Part shown: one piece after another, positions 12,986 through 25,736 of the stretch
Layout of the letters: each line of letters begins with the position of its first letter
How positions within the stretch are numbered: the first letter of the stretch is position 1
Assembly: GCA_051294905.1 (NCBI GenBank)
Contig: CM119373.1
Span: 5,644,001-5,708,000, forward strand
DNA length: 64,000 nt
Direction: 5' to 3'
Origin: Botryllus schlosseri
Taxonomy: Eukaryota
Made by a program: the position numbers and the translations under genes
The notes under the pieces: model-generated
Told to the model about the DNA's origin: nothing
Database searches by the model: none
The model's input: only the letters and a program-made list of their open reading frames with translations

Positions 12986-13389
12986 TATTACTGTATAAAA
13001 TCCTGTCTTACTGTGTCAAAAAATTGTTATGTTTTCAATTTGTATTGTCATATTTAACGGCAACTTACACTGTTTCTTTTATTGTACATTCCACAACCGA
13101 TTCTTTCAAAATAAAATATTGTTTCGAGAAGAGCCTGTGGATCCACAGTGTGGAGGTATTTCAGGTACATAATTTCGAGCTCTGCAGCGATAGGTACAGA
13201 CATGCCACTTCAGACCACACAATATTATGACATACATCGCTACCACGCAATGTGGCATCTAAAAAAAAAATCGATTATTGTGTGTTTTTTTTGTGCATAA
13301 ATGCACGCGTTTTAGCTTACAGTGTATATTGTCCTAAAGATCTGTTCTGACTCGTGTCGTTATTTTTACCTTATTTTCAGTGCTCAGAA

Positions 13390-13730
13390 GGTCATAATAG
13401 CCACGTGAAAAGCTGGGCGATACGGGTGACCTTGTTAGTAATCAGCGTAATTGTCAATCTCACCAGGTGGCAATGTGGTGGTCATGATCAGGAATGGGGG
13501 GATGTGAATTGACGACTTTAATTTTTTATCAACCTCGACGGCAATCCTGATTGGTTCAAATAATTTATCGCAGTAAATAAGGGTCCACTTAACCACCCAG
13601 AAATCAATTATGAGAAATATTCATATGAGATTATTGGCTAGGTCAATGCGAAACTAGATGCTCATTCAAAGCTTATCTTCCTCGGCAAAATGGCAATGAA
13701 TCTAAATGATCCCGACGAGCCTTACACATT
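13390..13730 (+). pseudogene. Highly degraded LINE apurinic endonuclease fragment
   Basis: Broken frames give PGGNVVVMIRNG, FIAVNKGP and KLIFLGKMAMNLNDP, in the order of the GGGV, YRPP and GDFN motifs. Confidence 0.4.
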
Positions 13731-15384
13731 CGAAGTTGAAGAATTTCATTGACAGAACGAATTTCTTCTGAAATGCCACTGATGTTCACCACGCACTGGT
13801 CCCGAATTTGTCGATGACAAACTGCAATTTGCAGCTATTATTTAAGTAAGTAGGTCAGCTTTAGCAAAGTGAGTTTGTGAAAATTGAAGTTTTTGCTGGT
13901 TTGGGGCACGGATATCGGTTCGGGCTACGCTTTAATATTGACACCACGGAATTTCCCCCCTCATGTGATAGATGTGATAAAACATGCATGCAACTAGATT
14001 TGAACACACAATTGTTGATATACTTCACTGCACATATGCTCAATTGACTGTCATGATTCAGGAATCCTTCCACGTAAATTTTATCTCGTTCATTTCTTTC
14101 GCTGACTACAAGGTGACGTTCCCGGCTTCTAATTATTCAATATTAACTGCTGAAGTCTTGCAATAAACTGAACATACCACCGTGAACGTGTTTGAGCATC
14201 TTTCCGACCCATCATCCGGACCTGTAGAATAGGATCAGAGTGAGATTATTCCGTGTAAGTCAGTTGTTCCCAATGTAGTCGATATAGCCCGAGGGGGTGA
14301 TGTAGAGATACAAGGGGGCGTAAACATCAAAGGGGCGACTTGGAGGCGATGGGGACGAAATGTTAGAACGTCCTGTGATATATAGGGGAGGTGTGGCACC
14401 GATGGATCAAGAACTGCAGAATGATCTCTGCCCCCCAAATCTTCAGCCGATTAGAGCAGATCTTTTGCTGGCTCAACACTTTGATACAAGCTCTACCTAC
14501 CGGATAGACATCAAGATCCACCCATTGAAAACGTTTTATCGGTCCCGACCCGGTGTGTCGGAAGGAACACGACCTGGGAACTTATGAGACACATGCTCAA
14601 AAACTTGAATGTTCCAGCTTATCTTGCTGTGTAAAATAGTCTAAGCTTCAGCAAGCCAATAAAGAATGTTTGGTCACAAACATATAGAAAATAGAACAAA
14701 TAATCCGTTGCGATTTAGGCACAAATTTGAGTTTACATACACATTACCCGTAAATCGAGATATTGACTTTAAAATAGCTCAATACAACGATAAAACACTA
14801 CACATATTTATTAAATATAGAGTATATGTGTATAGGCATGTTTCTGTTGTTGCATGACTAGTTAGTCTAACTCGTTTGCCTGATTTGGCTTTGGTATCAT
14901 TGGCCTCAACTGTATAAATTATGCATTTGAATAGAAAAAAAGTCCACCCAAGGATGGTATTGAATAAAAAATATGTACCGTTACATAGGCTGGTACTAGC
15001 CCTTCATATCGAAAATTATTGAAGGTTTGTCCGTGTTGAATGTTGCAAAGAAAAATGTATGCGTCGTTCGGAATTTATTTTACACCCCGAAAACAAAACA
15101 AAGATCGGTCAGCAGGTCGATTTCCTTTTGCATGTGAGGAAAGATTCTGCCACCATGCAGTTGTAGACAAATTCAAGGAGTGCAGTCATGGGATTATCAT
15201 AGAGAATTTTTCAAATATTTTCGGTCCTACAGTGTCTCATCGGTATCACATGTCCCCCTATTTAATTACCACGACAGAAATGCACGTGAAGACTGCTTAT
15301 TTTGCATATGCTGCAAAAGTTGACTAACTAATAAAGGTGAACTCAACAGATAGTGGACGCGGAAACCGGTTTTACGAGCACCTA

Positions 15385-16762
15385 GGGGAGACCGGGGACA
15401 ATTGTAACACTTTTCGTATTTTCCAACATTACGTGTTTTTCTCGTGGAAATTTCACTTTCAAAGTTTTATATAAAGAAGCCAACAACTCGATAGTTGATA
15501 TGAAAACTAAATTGGAACTCAATCAACAATCAATCATGGAAATTTTGGGTCGCAAAAATCGCTGCTCAAATGTTACAATCGCCCCGTACCCAGGGGCAAT
15601 TGTAACACCCTTGCGGGGCAATTGTAACAGTGTTATTTATAACTAAACACAAACTAAATGAACAACGAAAACGGAAGCACAAATTGTATTATTGCATGAA
15701 ACTAAAGGAAGAGACTTTTAAACGCTTCCAGGCTACGCCCCATCGCATTTATGGCACCTGAATGCAATATCACCGTTCGTGTCTTGTTCAAGCTTAAAGT
15801 GTACAAGAGACAAATTCATTCCATCATCTCCCTACACATATTCGGCCTCTTCTACCAAGGTTCTGTTGTTTAGCGGGCATAATGGCTTGGTCATTCGGTC
15901 ACCTGCGAAGGTGCGAAACCGACCTGGCTAACATATCTTGGTTGAATGGACCGATGATAGTATAGTAAAACGAGGACGCAACATTGTGTGGCGTCAAAGC
16001 TATAATGACATTTATCTGTGCTGTAGAAAATTAACATAAATTGTTCACATCAAATATCAAAATGTAAGTGGGCCATGATCAAAGTCAGAGGACGAGAATT
16101 AAGCCATGACTATTGAAGTTCGACACACCAAAAGTCGATCAACGTGTGAAAGGGTGGTTGAATCACGAAAATAACCAAACCGTCAGATTCACATCACCAC
16201 TATTGCATGGCCGTTTCGACAGATGATCATGTTAGAATTGGTATCGCAAGGCAGTATCTGTTCTGGTGAACTTCTGGCTGTTGCAAGATTATTCTGCAGT
16301 ATAGATGAATGGTAATACCAACATATGAACAAAGACATTTAGAATTGATAACATATTGTAACGGGGCAAAAGTAACAGAGTGTTACGATTGCCCCTGACA
16401 CGCTCGACCATGATTAGTGTCTCAGTATGGTACCTTCCCGGCGATGCAAGTCCTATTCTTTCTATCACCACGGTAGACTATAGTAACATTGTTCCAGCTA
16501 CACATATTATGTTGTAACTACTTGAGGTACTCTTCGTCTAGACAAATTATTCCAGACCAGAAAAACTTTACTCGAGGGTCAAAAATTCCGTTTTTTGCAA
16601 ATTATTCCCGGGTTTCGCATCGTAGCTCAACGTAACTCCATGTATAATAGAAGAGATAACTACTGCATGCGCACTTAAAATATCAAGCTGATTTCTCCAT
16701 CCTACTAGCGGTGAGGTCGATTGTTACATTTGCCCCTAGTTACATTTGTCCCCGGTCTCCCC
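15385..16762. mobile_element. pogo/Tc1-mariner-type non-autonomous element
   Basis: 24-bp TIRs ggggagaccggggacaa(t/a)tgtaac, TA on both flanks, internal ggggcaattgtaac repeats near both ends. Confidence 0.9.
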
Positions 16763-16789
16763 TACTCGGATAAATGACCCTTTTCAGTC

Positions 16790-16929
16790 AATTCACCAAC
16801 GACCAGAGTTAATTGAATAAATTTCCCGTATATATATGTCCTCTATTTCGAATCTGTAAACATTCGGTGGCGAAAATTTGTGATGAGCTTGACAAGGGAG
16901 CGATGAGTCGAAAAATGTTGGGAACCACT
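16790..16929 (-). mobile_element. Terminal fragment of the MITE family at 62667
   Basis: rc cagtggttcccaacatttttcgactcatcgc matches the left end of 62667-63077. Confidence 0.7.
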
Positions 16930-18300
16930 GGTGTAAATACAACGTAGATAAATTACTGCTTTTCCGGCGACTCGTCTTGCGTGAAAACGAGATAATGGCC
17001 AATGTTTTCTACTTTGAGGAAAGACAGACCGTACTAGGGGTCTGGAGTCACAAAAATTACTACATCCCGGCATGTGGACTTCGTCCATTTCGTTTGGCGT
17101 TGTCATATGTGCTCATATCCCCCCCCCCCCCCCCCGCCCCCCATATCGCCTTATGAATCAAAACAGTTACAGGAGCAACCAGAATGTTTGCAATCCCAAC
17201 GCATAGTTTGGTTGCATGAAAGATTTTAACTGATAAAGATACTTTTCGAATATGAAATTCGAACTATACACGGGCTAAAAATCATGATCTGGAGCACAAT
17301 TGTGCATGTGACGCGGAAAAAGTTTCAATGGAATAGCACGTAGTCGTAGAATGACATCATATGGCAATGAAGATACTGCTACTTCCTCACTATATCACAG
17401 ATAAAATCAATGTTGCCGAACGGTAAAATTGAAGCAATAATCTACACTACCGTTGGATTGCTTGCAAAGTATCATATGAAACTGTGCTGTCGGTCATGTT
17501 TTGTAATCAATAATAATATATACCGCTTGGCTTGTTAGGCATATATGAGTGATTTTTGTTACCAGGGGGAAATGATGTACGTTATTTAACCAATACTGAC
17601 CTTCGGCGACGCAAAAACCTCCTGCGGTTAATGTCGTGACCATCATGTATAGCCGTAGCATAGAAAACAGGACCATTGTCGTTCGTTCACTTCGACATTA
17701 GCTGATAGAGTTGCTTATAGAAATATGATATATCTATGAGGAAACCCGTACAGTTTTCACAAGTAATAGAGCAAATTTACTATAAGATTGTGGTGGTGAA
17801 CGGATAAAAATAAATAATTGAATGATGACTTGCCGATTTTAGTGTGTATATGGTTTGGATGCCAGGGAATTCGAGTTTAACCTTTACATAATGGAGAATG
17901 GCTGCTGCTATTCGCAATTGGGCAGATATAGGTTCATTGAAGAATCTTATTACCATATTGCGCTGTTCGAAAAATCACACGAGGTCAATCAGGGCGCGAA
18001 GCCTAAATAGTACACTCCAGTCTTCCGAGATTCCCCACATCTTGCTCATGACATACGTCAAATGTTAGTGACTGCACGTCCCTAACCCTAGCTTACGCGC
18101 AAATTCGTCGAAGCGAGAAGACTTATTGCATTATCGGCATTTACGATGTACTCAACCGGAATGCCCTTCGTGGTAATCATGATGGTGTTTGTCGACTACA
18201 ATGGTCATTTACACCAAACCAATATTTCTTATTTTTGATTCCGTAACAGTCGACTAATAGCACGGCACACTTCTAGGATTCTGTAAGACACTACTTATGC

Positions 18301-18771
18301 CAGGGGTCGCCAACTCAAAACGGGTCGGGGGCCACTTTTAAATTTCGTGGAGGCCTCGGGTCGCATGAATTCAATATCGAGATAAAATAGGCCACATAGT
18401 TGAACAACCGCTATCTCGTCACCAACTAAACCATGATGAATTGATATCTTGGTAAACTTGGGGTATCGGGCTTATAGAACGCCTTGAAATCGTAATTAAG
18501 AATTGCACCGTGTGTTGATTGATCTGAGAGAAGTATACATGGTGGAGCCTGTACGACACTGCTGTCCTCAAAGCCACATTTTCTTCGTCATTATTGGCGA
18601 GAAATGGCTGTGAAGTTACATTGCTGTCGTCAAAATACATTCATTAAATACAATTTATTCCTTGTATATGTGGATAAATGGGCGAATAAAGTTTCGATTC
18701 AGCAATCCGGCCCGCGAAGTTCCTAATTTTCCTATATCCGGCCCGCCGAATAAAGAAGTTCCCCGCCCCTG
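18301..18771. mobile_element. hAT MITE fragments (possibly chimeric)
   Basis: First ~120 bp match the 31640 element. Right end ccggcccgc...gcccctg. No TSD match. Confidence 0.55.
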
Positions 18772-19824
18772 CTTCAGACCTACTGTCCGTCTGCCTATGT
18801 ATACTCTATGTTACATTGTTGTCTTACTGACAAACGCAGACTTCCAATATAGATTTATTGGAAAAGACATACTAAACCTCGCAGCCTTCTTAGTAACTGA
18901 CAGGATAAGTCCAGATGATGAGCACTGCGCAGTCTATATTTCATGCCCTGCCAACGCAGCTGAAACTCCAACGCGTGGACTACTTTTGAATATAAATTTT
19001 CATTTTATTCTTGGTATACAGTAACAAGGCAGTAACAAGGAAGTGAAGCTTCGTGTAAAATTACATACAGTCATATGCCGAATGAATATTGTGCAACCAT
19101 TTTAAGAATAGAAATGTTTCGGGAAATGGATGGTGTGCGTGGACACATGATCGGCCTACTTCATTCCTGGTATGGTCTAAACAGAATATTCTTGATATAG
19201 CTGTGATAAGGGTACCGTTTGTCGATATTAATCGGCCCAACGAACGTTCCCCCCCCCCCTGTATCTACCGATCTTGTTGGGACAATATCTTGTCGTGCTA
19301 CTGCTTTGTCGCATTATATTTGGATATAAAGAAATTCGATCAATTGGAACTTCAAGCAATATACTGGTACTACCGTACTTCAAGGTCGCGTATATTTACA
19401 TCGGGAAAATTATGGGACTTTGCGGCGTTGTCTATTGAAGGGAAGACACCTTACATAGAATCATAAAGGCAGTTCAGCGACCGCAACATACAAGTATATC
19501 ACATAGGGCAGGGGTGGGCAACCTGCGGCCGTGACACGTAATTTAATTAGTATGTGTTGGTTGCCGTCGACAGACAAATTCGATTTACGAATTGACTCCT
19601 GAATTTCTGAAATATTTTATCTGATCTTGAAATTTTCTTCTTGCTTTGCGCAATTAAATGCTATATACTGCAATCCCTTTGCAATCCGAACCCCACAGTA
19701 CAGATGCGCAGAGCAGAGGACAATGATGCGTCTCATATAGAAATACCAACTTGAAATCGTGTGCTTCTCACAAAAGAAATTTGTTTCTGGTGCGTTACGC
19801 AATTCCAATATGTTTCCACTAAGG

Positions 19825-20873
19825 CAGTGGTTCTCACACTTTTTAGCTGCGCGGACCCCCCAAGTTTTAGTTGAAATTTAACTCTATTACACAGGTCTAC
19901 ACGATTTTCGCGCCAGGACTTCTTTTGGTCAATTGTACATAATTTAGTGGCACTGAATACGGATCTGACGTTATTTTTGTTCCATCACGTCACGTTTTTG
20001 AAATATCATATATGTTGAATATTTCTACTTTTTCGGGGTATTCAAGTAAATTTTGGCTACTTGCAGTAGCCTACTTACTGAAGTGGAAATGTTTTACAAC
20101 TACTTCAGCATCTACCTGAACAGTATTCGGGAGGAACTAATTACTCATGCAATTTGGTTTTTATAAAGTGGAAAGTAGTTCAGGGATAATATATTGCACC
20201 ACCATCATTAGTTAAATTGTCATGAGAAACACGTAAAATAGCCTCTGAATCACGATAACTGAGTATATTTGTTCGAAGATTCTACCCATGCGTGGTGTTA
20301 CTATAGTCAAGTTTTATGCGCTAATTTTTTTTTCAAATTTGTAGACCAGTGTTATCGTGCAACCATCATCTGTCCTATGCAAATATTAACTGTAGACTAG
20401 TGATAAACAGAATCCAAATGACCTTTCTTGAAATTACCATCATACTTACCGTTGCATTTAAAACAAAAATCAATTCAAAACAAACATTTTTTACCCCTGA
20501 CGAGTGTCAGCCGAAAATATTCGGGGTTCATTTCAATATGAATATACTACTCAATTGTATACTGAAGCTGTGTACCTCCACGAAGCTCTTCAGATTTTAC
20601 AACTGAAAGAAAAACATCTCTTAACAACAATTTGTTTGTATCAGTAGGCTATTGGAAATTTGACAATTAAAATGAGTTTACACAGTAGGCAATTTCATCT
20701 CAGACTGCCATTCTGTTTATGTGAGTCCTTGAGTTTTAGCAATTATGAAGCGAAACTGCTTCGCGAATTCTCTAATCAAAATAACAGAAATTAGGTTATC
20801 GCACATTTTTCAAATTTTGAGGTTTCGCGGAAATCCTGAAATTGCTCTGTGTAACCTCGGTTGGGAACCACTG
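19825..20873. mobile_element. hAT-Buster-type MITE nested in 19509-21369
   Basis: TIRs cagtggttctc / rc cagtggttccc. Degenerate TSD cactaagg/caccatag. Confidence 0.7.
20493..20527 (+). ncRNA. Minimal type I hammerhead motif (12516 family)
   Basis: ccc-CTGACGA-g tgtcagc c-GAAA-atat-TC-ggg, with palindromic AATATT stem III and UUC triplet. The downstream tail to ~20595 is shared with other copies. Confidence 0.65.
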
Positions 20874-21372
20874 CACCATAGCCTACCGACAGTACTGGTG
20901 GGAGATCAAGAAATACCAGCATGCAAAAAGTGATCAATAACAATTGGTCCACCCGAAGATGCATCCTCATGTGTAACTTGCCCAAAATTTTTGAAGACGC
21001 TGCCTCCATCATCTCCACCGTTGAATCTTACCAAATGGGCTGATAAAGAATAAATATTTGATGGTAATATTATACCATTATATTATTTATTAATTATATA
21101 ATTTATTAATTAATTATACGCGATTCGTGGGACCATCACGTATCCCAGTAATTATTCAAGACATGGCCACTCGCGATTTCGGTGCGTATAGTAATCCGAT
21201 GTGAGAAAGTAGATTAGTCCGTACATCACCGGAAATTGACATGGGCAGTTTAACAACGGTATTTGGCGCCTAGTGGGTTCAATACGGCTTATGCACTGGA
21301 ATGCAGCCGTAGGCTACATAAGTAATCGAAATGCGGCAGTGACTATAGCAAAAATTTTGCACACCCCTGATA

Positions 21373-21718
21373 TAGGGTTACCATACTTCCCCCTTTAGTG
21401 GGATTCGACCTCCTTTTTCAAGAAATGTCCTCACTTTGGCCAAGTGTTCTTCTTTTTGGCAATTTATCCCCCTTTTCATCCTAAAATGCCCCAAAGACCA
21501 CATATTATTTTTTCATGAGTCGAATTGGAAAAATTACTAGATCAGTCAACGCCGCGAATAATGTAAAATCGGGTATTTCAGGAGTCAAGTCGGGCCTTTT
21601 TTTAGTCAACCGAACGTAACTAGCTTTATGAAAATTAAAATAGCCCATTTTCTCGTCCGCTATGGTAAGTTTTGCAGCCTGTGAAAAGTGTCTCGGATCT
21701 CAAAATATGGTAACCGTA
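21373..21718. mobile_element. hAT-type MITE (TAGGGTTACC termini)
   Basis: TIRs tagggttaccata / rc tacggttaccata. Confidence 0.65.
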
Positions 21719-22338
21719 ATAATATATAAAGCATCTGCAAGGCATTACGTCGGTTTTATTGCTTGTTCTTTGTTACGTGTTTGACAAAGATCAGTTCCAT
21801 AGGGCCATTTGGGTATGGTTTATGAACCATCACAACAACGATATCGTGAGAATTCACGCACAACAACACCCTTGAAACTCAATGTGGTCGCATATTTTCT
21901 TTCATGCAGGTGTTTCAACCGCGAGATGAATAAGACTCATTGTTTTCTGCACCTAGCTTATGATAACATTCCTGTGAAGCTGTGATGCTAATTCAAAGAT
22001 CAATGAGCCAACCTGACATTCGCGATAAAGTTTCTGAGTATGATTGATGGAACACCGGTAGTTCTATTTATTCCCCTTATATTCCGGCAAATATATTTTT
22101 ACTTAAAACATCCCTACTCACTGAGCCGACACACATGATCGTCACGCGATACCCTTGCTGTCTAGCTATATTAGGCGCCGCAGTTGGATTACATTTTCAC
22201 ATAACAGAGCTGCGATCTTGCGGCTATAATGCGTGCCAATTCTTGAAAGGACTGAGGTATTCAAGTGATAGTTGAAATGTTGCTGCTTATCTTCCGCCTA
22301 CGCCATTGCGCATTTTCGAAGCAAGATATAGGCAACTA

Positions 22339-22784
22339 TAGGCTTACCATATTTTGAACATGTAAAAAGAGGACACTTTTTCAGAAATTTGCAAGATGCA
22401 AAACCGGAGTAGAATTCTCAAAAACCGGTCAATTTTCCCACTTTGTGATCGGTTGACTAAAAAAAAATGGTATTCACTTCCGCTCAGAGCTCAAAATACC
22501 GTTTTTCACTCCACATTGCCAGGTGGATGAATAAAAAAAAAAAAAAAGTCATCTTTTCGCTCAGAGCTAAATTCACCGTTTTTCACTACGAAATATCCGC
22601 CGCAGCGTCACTTCTGTGCTAATTTGCGGCATATCACCTGCAATTTGCTCTATATCTGACCTAAATTTTCAAAAAAGAGGACAAAAACTCAAAAAAGAGG
22701 ACAAAAGGGCGTCCTCCGAGGACACTTTCAAAAAAGTCAAAAAAGAGGACAAATCCTCTTAAAAGAGGACGTATGGTAAGCCTA
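22339..22784. mobile_element. hAT MITE with gaggac subterminal repeats
   Basis: TIR taggcttaccata. Perfect TSD ggcaacta. Close copy at 38280-38718. Confidence 0.93.
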
Positions 22785-22830
22785 GGCAACTATCGTCCTT
22801 GTCTTATCAGCTGAAAACTATCCTTGTAAC

Positions 22831-23342
22831 TAGGGCTGACACAATGATTCGAGTACTCGAATCTGAATCGAGTATTAATTTTAATAATTCGAGTCGAGTA
22901 GTGAAATACCATTTTTTCGAGTACTGAAGTTATACGCTCCTCGCAACTAAAAGGTAATTTACTAACGACAATTATAGTTTTGATACTATATTCCACAGAG
23001 GAAGTTTTATAAAACCTTGATTGGCTGTGTCGCAGCATTCGAGACATAGTCCAAAGCTACGAACGTTACTGGAAAGAACATATTTCCGAAGTCATGATCA
23101 TCCAACAGCATTGTCAAGAAGTGCAATGAAATCGGTATGCTCGAAAAAAAAACCAAAGTAACTTTATTGTGACGGATAACAGGCATTATGTTCTTTGTGG
23201 TGGCATGAAAGGTACATATTTGAACATTGACATAGTGCATTCTGTTGTGACGTCATAATGAGTGATACTCGAATACTCGACTCGATGCGTAATACGTGAT
23301 TCAGAATTGAATCACTTAGGTACTCAATTTTCTCCGGCCCTA
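22831..23342. mobile_element. hAT MITE with actcga repeats
   Basis: Termini tagggc...gcccta. Perfect TSD cttgtaac. Confidence 0.9.
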
Positions 23343-24011
23343 CTTGTAACGTATGATTAGGGTTACATTTGATATAAAACTCAATTCAAAACATACATGT
23401 TTAAATCATACAGAAGTCGTCGTGCAGTTATAAGCATTGCAAGACATTCTTGACGTAATATCTCCGCCTCAATTTGTCGCGTTGTCACCATCCTGAGCAA
23501 ATTTCAGCAAATATTTACTCTGTGATGTGTTAAAGTCTTTAAAATAACAGATGTCAAGAAGTCGAGGACTAATTTGATCGACAAAGCCAGTGTCTTTATT
23601 TCTCTTTAGCATTTTTAAATTATAGGACATAATCGTAGCAATGTTCCAAACAGAAAATAGTTTGCTACCCGAATTCACATCTGCGATTGGCAATACGGGA
23701 AAATTAATGGTATTGGATGTTGTTTTAGTGTTTCGTGTAACTAAGTAAGTCAAATGAGAATGAGATGCATATATCTGCTCACATTGAATTGAGTACTGTA
23801 CCCAGTTATCAGTTTTAACATGAAGATATTCCGAACAAAGCAACATTTATTATTTAACGTTCATGTGAGGTTGTGGACCGCAACACTAGATCGCACCATC
23901 CTTTATGATACGATGAAGAAATAGCTCTCAAATACAAGTATATTTAGTTATTCATTTCGTGCACAAAGCTTCAAAACATATTTTATGTAGGCCTATACAA
24001 GGTGTTCTCAC

Positions 24012-24360
24012 TTAGGGATGGTGTGAAGCTCTGAAAGGTTCAGGTTCGTGTGAACACGATTCTTTTTGAAAGGTTCTGTGTGAATGCGAACGTGAACCTC
24101 ATGACGTCACGTGACGTCATATTGCTAATTTCAACCCCATCTTTCAATGAAGTGATATCCTATATTAATGTACATGATACCTAGCGACGACTCGGGCCAC
24201 ATAATGCAACAATTCTGAAGTACATATTGACGTTATACGTCGCTAAATGTATCAACTGGGGCGATCAAAGGATATAATACTCCCATGAAATCAATATCTT
24301 CCGTCCCTTTGGCCACAATTTCGACGAGGACTTACCAGGAAATATAGCCTACGCTTACCC
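24012..24360 (+). mobile_element. Partial second copy of the 2378 element lacking the nested MITEs
   Basis: Aligns with 2378-2524 and then directly with 3852 onward. Confidence 0.8.
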
Positions 24361-24840
24361 ATTAACCCTTTTTTCACGCTCTGGATACGCGCCTGCCTAT
24401 ACTACTCTCAAAAGTGATATACAGAACATCCTTCTTCGATTTCCACACGCTGTGCGCTGTAGGATATAATATCTAGTTCGAAATATTTTGTTGAAAATAA
24501 CCCTAGCAAGCGTGACGACAGTGTCTTAACGGGAAATTGGCGATATAAAAGTACGCGCAATTCAGTTTACATGAATTATATTAACCCACTATATTTATGA
24601 AAACATATGCTGCAAACGTCTACGCGTAGCGCGACCAAAAATTCCGGGATTTAAAATGTTTTGTGGAATGTTCATTTGCTCTGAATACTCATTAAGGATA
24701 TATCCTACTACTACATCATCTACTGCGAAGCTATTTTCTTCAGCGCCCCCCCCCCCCCCATATCGCCCCTGTTCTCAGCATCCCCCCATATCTCCCCCTG
24801 AGCGTTTCCGACCCCTTAAAAATATCAGGGCCCCCTGGGG

Positions 24841-24946
24841 GACTCGACTCGACTCGACTCGACTCGACTCGACTCGACTCGAGTCAAAATGTGCCATTAC
24901 TCGAGATGACTCGTGACTCGAAGGTAGTGACTCGATCCCAACCCTG
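24841..24946. repeat. (GACTC)n array and right end of a 27855-family MITE
   Basis: 8 gactc units, then actcgagatgactcgtgactcgaa...gatcccaaccctg as at 28764-28812. Confidence 0.8.
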
Positions 24947-25454
24947 CTTCAAATAAAGGAAAGAGAGAGAGACCAATATATTTGCACAAAAGTATCGCTA
25001 AATATCATATATCCATCATCTGCGTGGTCCATGCAAGCACTTTCAGGCCGCATATATAGTCAGTCGCCCATGTGGCAGTTTCATCACAGTAGATGCAGGC
25101 TAACAAAACGACCCACCCTATCTTCATTTGCCTTCTAGTCGTATCAAGCAGTATTGGAGTATCCGATACAATTTGTCGCACACTGTCCTAATATAATTAC
25201 TGGTCTTGTGATACAGAGGGCACCATACCGTCATATTTCCTGAAAGAGGTATTGGGGTAAAAAGGTTAAGACATACTGTTTTATACCTAAGCTATCATTT
25301 CTGTTACATGATGCTGTCCAATTATCATGCTGTTGAAAACGGAATTTATAGCAACACACACCCAGCCCTCTGCGCCGACCGCATATGTCAATTTCCAGGT
25401 GTTGACGGCCCACGACAGCGTTTCTATAACTGCTCCTAAATAATACTTAGTTAC

Positions 25455-25705
25455 TTGAAGAGCTTCTTGGAGGTACAGAACTTCAATATACAATTCGAAT
25501 TCAGATTTCAATATCAATATTCATATTGAAATAAGTCCGAATATTTTCGGCTGACACTCGTCAAGGGTAATCGTCAGCAACTAGTAGAGAATTGGAAAGA
25601 ACATTGTATATCCACAATCGTATCACAAATATGACGTCACCAGCATGAAAAACAGATCGTTCAATCTACAATTTTTATGTGGTACAAGAACTCCTTTTGT
25701 TGACT
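25455..25705 (-). repeat. Further copy of the hammerhead-bearing repeat (core mutated to TTGACGA)
   Basis: rc attaccc-ttgacgag-tgtcagcc-gaaaatattcgg plus arm and tail homology to 12714-12985. Confidence 0.75.
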
Positions 25706-25736
25706 CGAACTCTGTTTTAATACTTAACGTATACGC

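Larger units (their letters stand above)
5286..13324 (+). mobile_element. CMC/EnSpm (CACTA-like) DNA transposon derivative, ~8 kb
   Basis: Termini cactgtaa...ttacagtg flanked by TA on both sides (5284-5285, 13325-13326). cacac/tgtg-rich subterminal sequence. Encloses a spliced accessory-type pseudogene. No transposase core seen. Confidence 0.65.
19509..21369. mobile_element. hAT MITE (3202 family) with nested insertion
   Basis: TIR caggggtg(g/t)gcaa. TSD acataggg/atataggg. Both halves align with 3202-3726. Confidence 0.85.

Noticed and set aside
18079..18092. Telomere-like ccctaaccctag (also ~39990 and ~42018)
   Set aside because: Only about two units. No array.
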